Shown here: in pieces, positions 24,103 through 35,830 of the stretch
Layout of the letters: each line of letters starts with the position of its first letter
Numbering within the stretch: position 1 is the stretch's first letter
Source: Nemertoderma westbladi
Taxonomy: Eukaryota; Animalia; Xenacoelomorpha
Assembly (NCBI GenBank): GCA_032718475.1
Contig: JAUCBJ010006658.1
Span: 1 to 64,000 of the forward strand
Length of the DNA stretch: 64,000 nt
Reading direction: 5' to 3'
The notes under the pieces: generated by a model
What the model saw: only the letters and a program-made list of their open reading frames with translations
What the model was told of the DNA's origin: nothing
The model's database searches: none
Position numbers and translations under genes: made by a program

Positions 24103-25262
24103 TGTTCGCGCTTTCAGACCTTTAGCAGTTTAACCTGCCAAATTGGGATGTCTTTTAGATGATAGATCGTCTTTAGCCTATGACAAGTATTTGATACACT
24201 ACATTAGCCGAAGCCAGTCTATGCGCGATCATTCACCCGCTGGATATACCCGGGAGACTGGATTCGGAAGCCTATCCGTATTGCGGGGTAGGCCTACTGT
24301 ATTATTCGACTGATCGTAATATATATAATCTCTGACAAATATTATTCACTTTCGGGAAATATTAACAGTTCCTTTTGGACGTGGCGCTCTAAATATGTAA
24401 ACAGAGTTATGACTTAAACTAGACACAACGGGATGGCTATAGATTCACGTATATGGCGCATTCTTTAGGAGATGCTTTGTTATCAGTCACAATCATACAC
24501 AATACTGCACAATGCTGCACACTGATCTGCCGACCTTCACTAATTTTAGTCACATATAAAGAGAACAACAGACAATACATGTAGGGCCTATAAAATAGCA
24601 TTAGATTCACTTCAAACCACTTAATGTAAGTCACAATCGTTATATGTAACCGGTCTCTCTAACCTTTAGTATATCAAAAAGATTGGGGTGTCTGATTATT
24701 TATCAGTATTCCAAATATAATATTCCATCAACAAATATAATGAATAACCGACAGTAAATAGCAGTAAAATGTTAAGATATAAATTGATATGATCGATTTG
24801 GTATGGATTGTTTAGTGATAACAGATATACGTTCTATAATTAAGCCTACTAATGTTGGGCTAAAGACTGAAACACGGAGGTTCCAAAGCCGGTGTTCTAG
24901 GCTGTGGACAAAATCACATACTGACTCAACTCCACGAGTTTCCATATACAATCTCCAACGCAGAGGCAAAAAACGCTCTGATTGGTCGACCGAACAAAGA
25001 AGGAACAGAGAACAAAGAAAAGCTCCATGTGTACAGCTCAGCTGTTAGCCGTCGTCATGGTAGCTACACTGTTTCAAGAGGATCCGGCGTATTGCGTCAT
25101 AGAATTGCTAATTATGTCCGCTAAAGTACACATACAGAAGAAATGGCTTTTATGTCCTCTAAAACACCAGTACAGTAAGGACACGGCCTTTTATGCCTGT
25201 TAAACCAACTACAGAGTACTTTACGGGGAAAATAACCGGCTAATTCCGCAAAAGCCTTTACA
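24103..25262 (-). mobile_element. Solo LTR (1160 bp) of a BEL/Pao family
   Basis: TG...CA ends; 5-bp TSD GACTC (24098-24102 / 25263-25267); single GACTC at the empty site ~38369; first ~800 bp homologous to LTR 51928-52750. Confidence 0.95.
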
Positions 25263-25484
25263 GACTCAATGAAATGTGTAACTACCACGGTATCAGGGAG
25301 AAAATAGTAGTGAAATCTAGTAACAGGTGGGACATGTCCTGCCTCTACCCATCAAAACACGGCAACAGGTGGGACTTGACTTGTCCCGCCTGTTCCCCTT
25401 TAAAACATGGCAATAGGGTGGGACAATTAGAAACAGGTGGGACTGGGACAGTCTACAGTATAACATATTGTAATATGGGAGGTT

Positions 25485-25730
25485 TGTACGGTAGCTGATC
25501 TTTGCCAATTAATTTTTTTTTTCAGAAGTTCTCCATGACGTCATAATTTATGGTCGACCATAAATTAATTTTTGGTCGACTATAAATTATTTTTTGGTCG
25601 ACCATAAATTAATTTTTGGTCGACCATAAATTAATTTTTGGTTGACCATACATTACGACGTCTTGGAGAACTCCTTAAAAAAAAGTAAAAAAAAAATTAA
25701 TTAATTGGCAAAGATCAAACACCGCAGGTT
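25485..25730. mobile_element. Palindromic MITE with internal GGTCGACCATAAATTAATTTTT repeats (duplicate ~38595-38815)
   Basis: TGATCTTTGCCAATTAAT / ATTAATTGGCAAAGATCA and GTTCTCCA.GACGTC / GACGTCTTGGAGAAC inverted arms. Confidence 0.7.
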
Positions 25731-28700
25731 TGCCACTATAATAGCTGTAATTTTCTAATCACCAGCTTTCAGAAAATATTTAGTTTAATGAGGTTCGGAA
25801 CAAAAATTTTTTTGGACAAAATTTGGCTAATATTTTGTAGAATGAACCACCATATATACATACAGTAGGCCTAACCAGATAGCACTATTGTAATAGTAGC
25901 GAATACCGTATCGGTACAAATTGTTACTCTCAGTCTGTCGTGGCACATTTACGTCTACGGGAAAGGCACTCATGGGCAACGTGGAAGAAAAAATTTTATT
26001 AACAAAAAATATTTTATTTTAATTTTGGCCGCACTGGGCCATGTTTTGGCCCAGTAAGGCCATATTTTTTTTATTATTTATGTATTATATTATAATTTCT
26101 TAGAGTAGTCTAGTCTATTTTTGAATGTGTTCAAACTTGGAGTACCAAGGTTATTCAGTACACGTGCATCGTGCATTAACAACACTGGCCGGTAAAAGAT
26201 TCCAAATGTTTACAACGCTGTCTACGAAGTTGTTGCATTTCCTTTGAGTCCTACAGTTCGATCTTTTGTACAGCACCAAGGAAGAACCTCATGTTGAGTA
26301 TTGGTGGAATTCGGAACGAAACTGGAAGAAATTACTTCGCTCAATATACAGTAGGCAAATATGGGATTGGTAGTGGCTAAATATGTAATTGCTCTTATAA
26401 TTTTGTTAATTTTCACTCGAATTGGATGAATATGTTTATCGTAGGTATTGCCCCATAGTATTATTCCGTATAATATGTAGGGTATGTAGTGTAGTATTTC
26501 TACTGTCGGCTGTCTACTGTCGGTGGTCTGCTGTCGGCGTAACGTTTACACCCCAAAGTTTGGTTTAATTTCATCAATATATGACGGAGTTATTGGTGAG
26601 CAAATATTAGACAGTGACAGACAACTCGTCACTTCGCTTACTTTGTGCCTCGTCCCACTTGGTTGGAATACTTAGTCGCACTTTTTTTATCACTAATTGT
26701 CCCGAAATTACTTTTAGATTAGGTGTAAGAGATCATTTCGACTATAAAATTGTGAAAGTTGAAAAAGTGAGGGAGACTTGACTTTAGGGGAAACTTGATT
26801 TTTTTTAATAACTCAAAAACTATTGTAAATTATTTAACAATACCACACAAAAATGTGTAAAATACATGTTGGCTACACCCGCGCAACAATGTTTTATTAC
26901 CTTTTGGTTATTTTTTGTTTTATTGTCAATAAACGTTTTCTGGGTTCAAAAGTAAATTTTTGCCCTTTACAACGAATGAAAAAGCGCATCCTTATTATAC
27001 TGTATGCTAATTGTAATTCACAACATGTGTTGACTAATTATTGCACTATCCTGCCATATATTGTTTTCCAGTTTTGGTTCAGCCGTTTTGAAAGTATATA
27101 AATTAATATAAAAAAAGCCCAAGTGGGTGTGAGGGAGACACCCACGAAGAGAACCATTACACCAGAGCGCTCCAACTAGGTGATTGGCACTTACACAGAC
27201 CAACCTATCAATGGAATGTGAATACAATGGAGTGGCTAGGGAGAGGGAGAGAGAGAGGCCTTGATAAACCCAGCCAAGCCAAGCCAACCAACTCTTCCTT
27301 CCCTAGTGTAGTGTAGTTAATAGCCCGCCAACTGGGTGATTGACAGGTTAAACAAGATGCCACTTCGTCAGAAAGCGGCACACATCAATAGAATTACAGG
27401 AAAACAATTAATATATGCCTGGATTGAAAACTATACAAGATATTCATTAATAGAAAGTACCTTCCCGCGTTAAATTTTAATGCGGTTTTAATGAACTATT
27501 ATTTATTCAGTTCTTGTTGGGAGAACCATGTGAACGACCACCTAAATTTGTATAAAATTTTGGATAATAATTTAACAATCGCATTTTTTGATGTAATTAT
27601 TACACTTCTTCTGCATTTTTGAACGAATTTATAAGTATGCGAGGTGGGGTTCAAGTCTACCACCCTAGTTGTCAAGCCTTGACGCTGTTTCGAAAATACG
27701 AATAATTGGTTTAATTAAAAAAGTTTAAGAGTTGAAAATCTCAAACTCTCACATAATGATACAGTAGCAATCATAAATGTAATGTGAAAAAGTTAAAACG
27801 GCATTGAAAAATTTATTTATCTGTTCTTTAGAGCGATTATAACTTTTGGGGATCAAGTCTCCTTCACTCACTCTACAGGTCCCGTAGTTTACTTTATCAA
27901 TGTCCCATACTTTACCACACAACCATGCTGTACAAAATTAGCAATTTGTCTGATATTTAAATTTTTATTTAAGCTTAAGGGGGGGGGGGGAGCACATCCA
28001 AATTGAACTTCACATTTTTGTGTCTCTTGACCATAAAATTGGGTGAAATTTATTGTTTGTGCTACTAAACATCGTCTGGACTGTGTGTGAATAACCAAAC
28101 CAAAATTTTTTTAAACTGGCCCCAAAATGTATTTTTGTGCTATTCAAAGTGCCCTTTGCGTCAAGGGCTATTTCTCCACCAATACTTGTTGAAATTTTGA
28201 ATATAGCGTCAGAAGAACCCTAAGTTTTGCCTCAAATGCTCCGGAGCCTTTTTAGAACAAAAAGGCCACAAAAAAGGCCTTTTTGGTATAAAAAGGCTCC
28301 AGGGCATTTTCAACCAAATTTGTTCGGAAGAAGTATGGAGAAGGGTAATCTTAACAAGTGTACCAAATTTCAAGTCATTTCAGTTAAAATTGGCGGAGAA
28401 ATAGCCCTTTTCATGAAAAAACGTCATTCTGATGAAATGTTTCATGCTTGCTAAACAGATGAGTTTGAGAAAAGATATGAGAAAACTGCTTGCAGATTTG
28501 AAATCTCCATTAAATTCGGCACATGATAGAATAAAAAAACTTTTTTTGTCAATTTCCAAAATAGGAGGGTGCTACCTACCTACCTACCCCCCCCCCCCCC
28601 CCCCCTAAAAAAACATCTTTATCATAAACATCAACTCAACACCGTACCTGCGCACAATTCGATAAACTTTAGAATTGATCATAATTACGACTCTGTAATT

Positions 28701-29089
28701 ACCTTATTAATTAGACGAGACCATTTAGACGAGACTTTAATTGCGAGACCATTTATAGACAAAAAATTGAGAAAAACAATAAAAAGATGAAAAATTTAGC
28801 GTGGGAATAAGTGGGAATCGTTTGAAGGGGGTGAGGGGGTATCTGACTCGATAATCCTACTAATTTATAACTTTCACTTTGGTTCATTGATTGATTTGGT
28901 TTATGTTGCATTACAATCAGCATCCCTGAAAACATTAATAACCTGAAAATCAATGTATTTGAACCACTTTCCATTTGTTTTATTTTATATTTTTTTCATT
29001 CTAAAACAAACATATTTCCAATAATGATCCGAAACAAATATAGTTCAGTACAAATACAACAATTGTATTTTGTTACCGGTAACTAGAGA

Positions 29090-29307
29090 ATTAACATGGG
29101 TGTTTAGGTAGCCTTGCTGATGGAATTCTTTGACAATAACCGCACTTAAGTTTGATATCTTTATGTACAGAGTCGACATTTTAGTTAGATTTTAGCAACA
29201 AATGATTTTCTCAATTGAAGCAGTTGTACTTAATATCTTTATGAAAGTAGTTCACATGGGTGTTTAGACTCCTTTGCGGGCTGAATTCTTTATTACAATA
29301 ACCGCAC
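29090..29307 (-). pseudogene. Out-of-frame, decayed extra zinc-finger repeats downstream of the ZF stop codon
   Basis: Continues KCGYCNKEFSPQRSLNTHVNYFHKDIKYNCF.. and KCGYCQRI.. after a 4-nt AAAG duplication near 29325. Confidence 0.8.
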
Positions 29308-30642
29308 TTATGTTTGATATCTTTCTTTATGTATAGAGTCGACATGTCGTTTTAGTTTGGCTTTTGTAGCAAATGATTTTCCACAATCAGAACAGTTGTA
29401 CTTGATATCTTTATGAAAGTAGTTCACATGGGTGTATAGATTCCCTTGCTGACTGAATTCTTTATGACAATAACCGCATTTATATTTGATATCTTTATGT
29501 CGTATAGAGTGTATGGAGTCGACATGTCGTTTTAGTTCGGCTTTTGTAGCAAATGATTTTCCACAATCGAAGCAGTTGTACTTGATGATACCTTTGTGGA
29601 CAAAGTTAACGTGGGTGTTTAGACTCCTTTGTAGGCTGAATTCTTTATTACAATAACCGCATTTATATTTGATACCTTTATGTATAGAGTCGACATGTCG
29701 TTTTAGTACGTATTTTCTAGCAAATGATTTTCCACAATCAAAACAGTTGTACTTGATATCTTTATGAAAGTAGTTCACATGGGTGTATAGATTCCCTTGC
29801 TGACTGAATTCTTTATGACAATAACCGCACTTATATTTGATACCTGTATGTATAGAGTCGACATGTCGTATTAGTTCGACTTTTGTACTAAATGATTTTC
29901 CACAATCGAGACAGTTGTACTTGATATCTTTATGAAAGTAGTTCACATGGGTGTTCAGATTAATTTGCACGCAGAATTCTTTATTACAATAACTGCAATT
30001 ATATTTTATACCTTTATGGATAGAGTTAACATGCTTCTTTACACCAAGCTTACATTTAAACTGTTTTTCACAATAATCGCATTTATACTTATTCTTTACG
30101 TCTTTATGAACGGATTCTATATGTCTCTCTAAATCTCCTTTGTTATTAAATAATTCATTGCAATGCAAACAGGAACTGGTGTCTGAAGAAGATACCAACT
30201 CCCCAACAGTTTCATTAGAACTACCGGACTCTGTTGTTGCACAACTGATTGTCGCTTCTGTACCTTCAGTTTCAATAGGCCTACCATAAGAACACTCTGG
30301 GCTGTCGTTTTCCCGTTTTTCAACAATAAAAGAATCTCCAGATGGTTCATAAGAAATATCTTCGTCATCTAGTAAAGGGACAACATCTACTCTACCGAAC
30401 AAATTGTTGTGCTCTTCGATGGGAGATGATCCGTGAACGCAGTTCTCTTGTTTAACATCAAGAGAATAGGGGGTAGAGTCTGCTGGTTCTCTCTTTATAA
30501 TTATAAAGTCTGTTGGTTTTTTCTTTATAATTATAAAGTCTGTTGGTTCTTTGTTTAGGATTATATAGTCGGTTGGTTCGCTCTTTATAATTATACCGGC
30601 ACCAGAAGATTTCTCTTTCAATAAATTAGTATGTTGATCCAT
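29308..30642 (-). CDS. Intronless tandem C2H2 zinc-finger protein (444 aa, 10 fingers)
   Basis: ATG start; ten C-x2-C-x12-H-x4-H fingers at a ~29-aa period with HK(G/D)IKY linkers; acidic N-terminus with IIIKxEP repeats. Confidence 0.9.
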   Translation of the reverse strand: MDQHTNLLKEKSSGAGIIIKSEPTDYIILNKEPTDFIIIKKKPTDFIIIKREPADSTPYSLDVKQENCVHGSSPIEEHNNLFGRVDVVPLLDDEDISYEPSGDSFIVEKRENDSPECSYGRPIETEGTEATISCATTESGSSNETVGELVSSSDTSSCLHCNELFNNKGDLERHIESVHKDVKNKYKCDYCEKQFKCKLGVKKHVNSIHKGIKYNCSYCNKEFCVQINLNTHVNYFHKDIKYNCLDCGKSFSTKVELIRHVDSIHTGIKYKCGYCHKEFSQQGNLYTHVNYFHKDIKYNCFDCGKSFARKYVLKRHVDSIHKGIKYKCGYCNKEFSLQRSLNTHVNFVHKGIIKYNCFDCGKSFATKAELKRHVDSIHSIRHKDIKYKCGYCHKEFSQQGNLYTHVNYFHKDIKYNCSDCGKSFATKAKLKRHVDSIHKERYQT

Positions 30643-30856
30643 TATGAAATCTTAATTAAGTATTAATCGATAAATTAAATACAGGTGGCAGTAGTTTAAT
30701 GTATATCACGCTCTTCTCTATTATAAATTTCAAGCGACTCAATTATAATAAATGATGAGGTCGCTGTAACAGAAAGGAGCGGAGCAGATTATAGTCACAG
30801 TAACAAAAGAACAAGGCACATACGGATAAGATAATTGACAATTGGCATGCTTTTAC

Positions 30857-31313
30857 ATTACAAGAATGCTGTGCCGGCTTGTCGACAAAATTGCGCCACC
30901 ACAACACAACTCCCTATCACCCATGACATTTGATAGATCATCCGCATCTTCAAGGCTAGTGTCCTTTAAGATGCGTATCAAGAAAGTCATGGGCGCCGGT
31001 GTCCACCATGCTTATTCACTCCATGAGGCTTCCAAAGCACGAGATTTGATGCACTGGCTGGTCCTCATGGCGAAAGCAATGCCCTGCAAAGCAGTGGCGA
31101 CTTGGTTCTAGTGTCAAGCTTGGGGGAACCAATGAGACACCTCCAATGTTATATAGTGTCTGGTTGGAGATGTGTGCATTGTACTTGACACAATGAACCC
31201 GGCGTAGAATTCTCGTGAATGTGCCATCCATATATTTGATGTCCTCAGCAGTTACCCAGTTAGAGCCCAGCCCATCGAGGAGTACTGGAACTACTGCTGC
31301 TCTAAATAATCGG
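30857..31313 (-). mobile_element. Degenerate RTE-clade LINE 3' fragment (same family as 13545-14886)
   Basis: MDGTFTRILRRVHCVKYNAHISNQTLYNIGGVSLVPPSLTLE matches 14490-14610. Confidence 0.9.
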
Positions 31314-32179
31314 ATAAATTTTAAATAATCAAGGTACGAGAGACATACATTTTAATCTACATACAATTTTTAAATTCAATTTGTGATTTTAATTAATTGG
31401 TGCTATAAATTAAATATTTTCAGAGATTTTAATGTGATTTTAAGCGTGATTTTACCTTTTAACTTAGCCCCCGTGCATACATTCATAAATTAAATTCGTG
31501 ATTTTAATTAATTTGTGATACCGAGCCTTTAACTTACGTACAGTAGGCCCTACTTACACTTTATACTTTTTAATATTTAATTTGTGATTTTAACTAATTA
31601 GATTTTGTGCCTTGCAGCCTTGTGTTAAATCCGTGTTAAATACTTTCAGTTTGTCATGCATATCTTAACCAGCTGTTGTTTCGTTCCTATACTATATTAG
31701 TCCTCAATAAATAATCTCAATATCAACCAGCAGATCACAGAAAGTTCCACTCCTAAGTCCTAACCTGACTGCCTGAAGACGACTAATTAACATATGGCAG
31801 TATGGTGTAGTGATGTCGGCCACAAGCCTGTATGTCTGTAGGGCCTATGTAGGTGTAGTTTAAGAACTTCAAACAAAACTTATTGTCAATACCGGTACGC
31901 GCTATAACTGTATAAAGTGCCATAAGAGCACTTGTGGCCGTAACGATTGTGACACAAACCTTAGGAATCGTTAATACTGTATTATACAGTATAAATTAAT
32001 TTGTATCATTTATGAAACCGGTAGGATGTAATTATAATTATACTGTAATCAGGTAATGTACACATAATAACAATAACCAAAATATCAGCTTACAGTACTA
32101 CATCTGTACATAGAACAGTAGAACGTATGGCTGCTTACATATAATCTACAAAATTTGAAAGTTATGTTTATTTACTCTT

Positions 32180-32950
32180 GCAATTCTTATTTTAGCACCA
32201 AAAATGGTAGGTGTGTTCAACTGCGGAATTTAAAAAGCCTTCCATTGAAATTGGCGTACCAGAAAACCTGTATGTAATTGAAATAAACACCATCTGACCA
32301 TTCCTACAATACAAGTCTAGTAGTTGTTTTCACTAATTTAAAAAATGCTGGTTACTTGCACTTTTCAGCTTTTCATTTTAGCACCAAAAATGGTAGGTGT
32401 ATTCAACTACGGAAATTAAAAAGCCTTCCATAAAAACCATTCCTACAAGTCTAGTTGTTTTCACTAATTTGAAAAATGCTGTTTACTTGCACTTTTCATT
32501 TTAGACCAAAAATAGTATGTGTGGTGTGGTCTGTGTTCAACTGCGGAATTTAAAAAGCCTTCCATTGAAATCGGCGTACCAGACTGCCAGAATACCTGCA
32601 TGTAATTGACATAAACACCATTCCTACAATTCTAGTTGTTTTCATTAATTTGAAAAATGCTGGTTACTTGCACTTTTCATTTTAGCACCAAAAATGGTAT
32701 GCTGTATGTGTGTTCTGTGTTCAACTGCGGAATTTAAAAAGCCTTCCATTGACAGATTGAAATCGGCGCACCAAAAAACCTGTATGTAATTGAAATAGGC
32801 CTAAACACCATTCCTACAATTCTAGTTGTTTTCACTAATTTGAAAAATGCTGGTTACTTGCACTTTTCATTTTAGCACTAAAAATGGTAGATGTGTTCAA
32901 TTGCGGAATGTAAAAAGCCTTCCATTAAAATCAGCGTACAAGAAAACCTG
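32180..32950. repeat. About five tandem 130-200-bp units inside a probable non-autonomous DNA element (~31935-33280)
   Basis: Recurring TTTAGCACCAAAAATGGT..TTCAACTGCGGAATTTAAAAAGCCTTCCATT; flanked by CGTAACGATTGTGACA and TGTCACGACCGTTACG inverted motifs. Confidence 0.75.
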
Positions 32951-34004
32951 CCCGAAGTCGATATCAATACCTAACCCTAATACCTTACCATTTTTTGAAA
33001 TTCAGATTTACGTGAAAATCGATATTGTCACAACCGTCAGACCGTTACGAAACTATGTCACGACCGTTACGCTGGTTAATTGATTGCCACATTCTCTAAT
33101 GATATTATATTGCCATACTGTTAATTTAATTTGAAACTCTATCTATTAACATGTTAGTCTGACATAAGTCAGTAAGTAACGGCAAATAAGTACATTAAAT
33201 TCGAAAGAAATTTATAGGCCTAATGTGTAGGAGAGTCTCTAAAAAGCTTGTCCATTTCAGGCACGACCGTTACGCCAACTTTAAACCGGAATAAAATCAA
33301 TAAAACGTAATGTATTCCAGAGCGGTTTCGATTTTATATAGGCCTACCGGTAATGGATTCCAATTCCATATTTCAGTATTTCCAAACCTACTCCAAAAGT
33401 TGAATTTTTAAAAAAAAAGTTGAATTTGAAACTCTACTCCAAAAGTTGAATTTTAATAAAAAGTTGAATTTTAAAAAATAAAGTTGAAATTTCAACTCAG
33501 TTGAAAATAGAACTTCTCCCTGACTGTGCATGATGTAGAATTTGAAGCCGGCTCTAACTGTCTAATCACTGAATCAGCTAATGCTGCACCGGTAATGTGT
33601 AATGACTGAATGATACTAATATTTCCGTGCCCAAATGTTATTGACAGTGCCCGTTTAAATTTCAATATTCTGGTATTCTAATGACAGAATGACAGAATGA
33701 TAAGCTATGGGTGAGGGTGACAGCTGGATTTCCACTTACTGACTTAACAGCTTAAAGACGACAGAATCCAGCCAGAATCTGGCTGTACAAAATGATATCA
33801 ACTGGCTGACTGTACCTGCCTTCTGCTGACCTTACTGCTGTAACTGCTGAATATAAATAAATAAATACTGGCAACTGTCCGACTGTGAACTGGCAGACTG
33901 GTCAGCGTCAGCCGGTACCGGTCAGCCGGGAGTACTGCACTGCACTACTGCAGTACTGTACACTTCACACTTGTACTATAAAGGCAGCAAGGAGCAACAG
34001 ACAG

Positions 34005-35218
34005 AGGACCATTCTAGGGCCAATATTGTTTGTAATTTATGTAAATTCCATAGCAAATATACCGGATATACACTTGATACACAGTACGCAGATGATACAC
34101 TTATATACTGTACAAATAAGGATCCTCTAAAAGCATCACAAACCTTAGAAAAACACATACAGTCCCAGGAGATTGTCTTAAAAATTAATCCGAATACGAT
34201 AATTAACCAATCCAAATCAATTAAATATTTAGGAATACTAATAGACAACAGAATGGAATGGAGGGAACACATCAACGATATAAAACATAAAATGACACAA
34301 GCAATCTCCGGACTACGACAGATAGAAAGGACAGTTACCACTCAAATCTAAACTTAATATATACAAGGCGACAGTGCTACCATATCATAACTACTGCTGC
34401 GAGGTCCTAATTTCAATACAAAACAGTTACGGTGCAAAGGGAATACTTTACGGGTTAGAAAAAATACAAAATTACGGCTTAAGGGTAGTGTATAGCAAGA
34501 AAAACAAGGACATGACAGGAACCGAATTACGAACGAAAGCAAAACTTCCTACACTGACAGCTCTACGAGAATACTTTGTATTAAAATTTTACTACAAATA
34601 TATATTTAATCTAAGTACACCATTTAAGAAACTACAACTACCATTTCTTAATACTATAAGAACAAACGCATACTTGATAAATCCCAGAACACATAATATT
34701 AAAATACCTACTACTAGGAACAACTACGGATTTAAAAGTTTAACTGTCAGTGCTACAAAAATCTGGAACGCATCTCTTATTACTCTAAAACAAATACGAA
34801 AACTAAAAACTTACATGGATAGCATTAAAAATCACTATTATACAATATATGACCGTGACTCCATAACATAGCAACAAGTAACTTACACAACTTAGAATAT
34901 ACTGTGATAAAGTAAACAATTAATGTGTGTACGTATGTACGTGGGTGGTGTGGTATGTGTGAAATAATGGTGTTTGTAATTGTAAGTATGGGGTGTTGTG
35001 TGTCTACGCGCCAATGTATTGGGTATGTATGTACAACATCAATATGACTCCAGTGGATACACAGTAATGTAATTAGTGTAGGTCAAGGATTTGTCAGCCA
35101 TACATGACGCTTATTCCCATAAATTATCAGCCGGGGCCACCCTCCATGCTGCCTTCAATTATTTTACATATTTGAAGTTTTGGGAATAAAATAATTTATT
35201 ATTATTTTATTATTATTA
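34005..35218 (+). mobile_element. 5'-truncated, decayed L2/CR1-group LINE (RT C-terminus, 3' UTR, (ATT)n tail)
   Basis: ILGPILFVIYVN, YADDTLIY, IKYLGILID..W..HI, SATKIWNA; AATAAA followed by ATT repeats at 35186-35218. Confidence 0.85.
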
Positions 35219-35336
35219 GACAGATACCGTAGACTGATAGAGGCGTGTAGTGTGTAGCTGTCGTGCTGTATATGCCTAGGGTTAGTGTAGCAGAGCAGAG
35301 GTAAAGTACAGAAATAGCGTTAGGTACAAATCGGTA

Positions 35337-35830
35337 CCCTGCAAACATTTTACGTTAATTACGCTAATCTAACGTTAGACTTTAGTCTGTTTTAGGTTAG
35401 AAAAATAAAGTTATAAAAATAACTTAGAACAAACGTTTTCTAACTTCTTATAATCGTTTACAAACTACATGTCTATAATCAACTAAACCCAAACGTTAAA
35501 CTGACGTTGAATTTTAACATCAATTTTTAACGTTATTTTGAAACGTCTGATATTGGTTAAATTTAATCATGTACAAAAATGACTAAACCCAAACGTTAAA
35601 TAAATGTTGAATTTTAACATACAGTAGATTTGTAACGTTATTTTGTAACGTCTGACATTGGTAAAATTCAATCATGTACATAAATCACTAAACCCAAACG
35701 TAAAAATTACGTTGGATTTTAACATAGATTTTAACGTTATTTTGAAACGTCTGACATTGGTTAAATAGAAACATTCTTGTATAGAAAATTTTAATGTACA
35801 GTAATTTAGTCACGTTAATATTTATTACAC
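35337..35830. mobile_element. Non-autonomous EnSpm-like end with ~100-bp subterminal tandem repeats
   Basis: Starts CCCTGCAAACA; ACTAAACCCAAACGT..ATTTTAACAT..AACGTCTGA occurs three times. Confidence 0.55.

Larger units (their letters stand above)
19785..26779 (+). repeat. Composite duplicated block, copy A (~4.2 kb plus two later insertions)
   Basis: Colinear and highly similar to 35682-39897 once 22073-23703 and 24103-25262 are removed. Confidence 0.92.
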
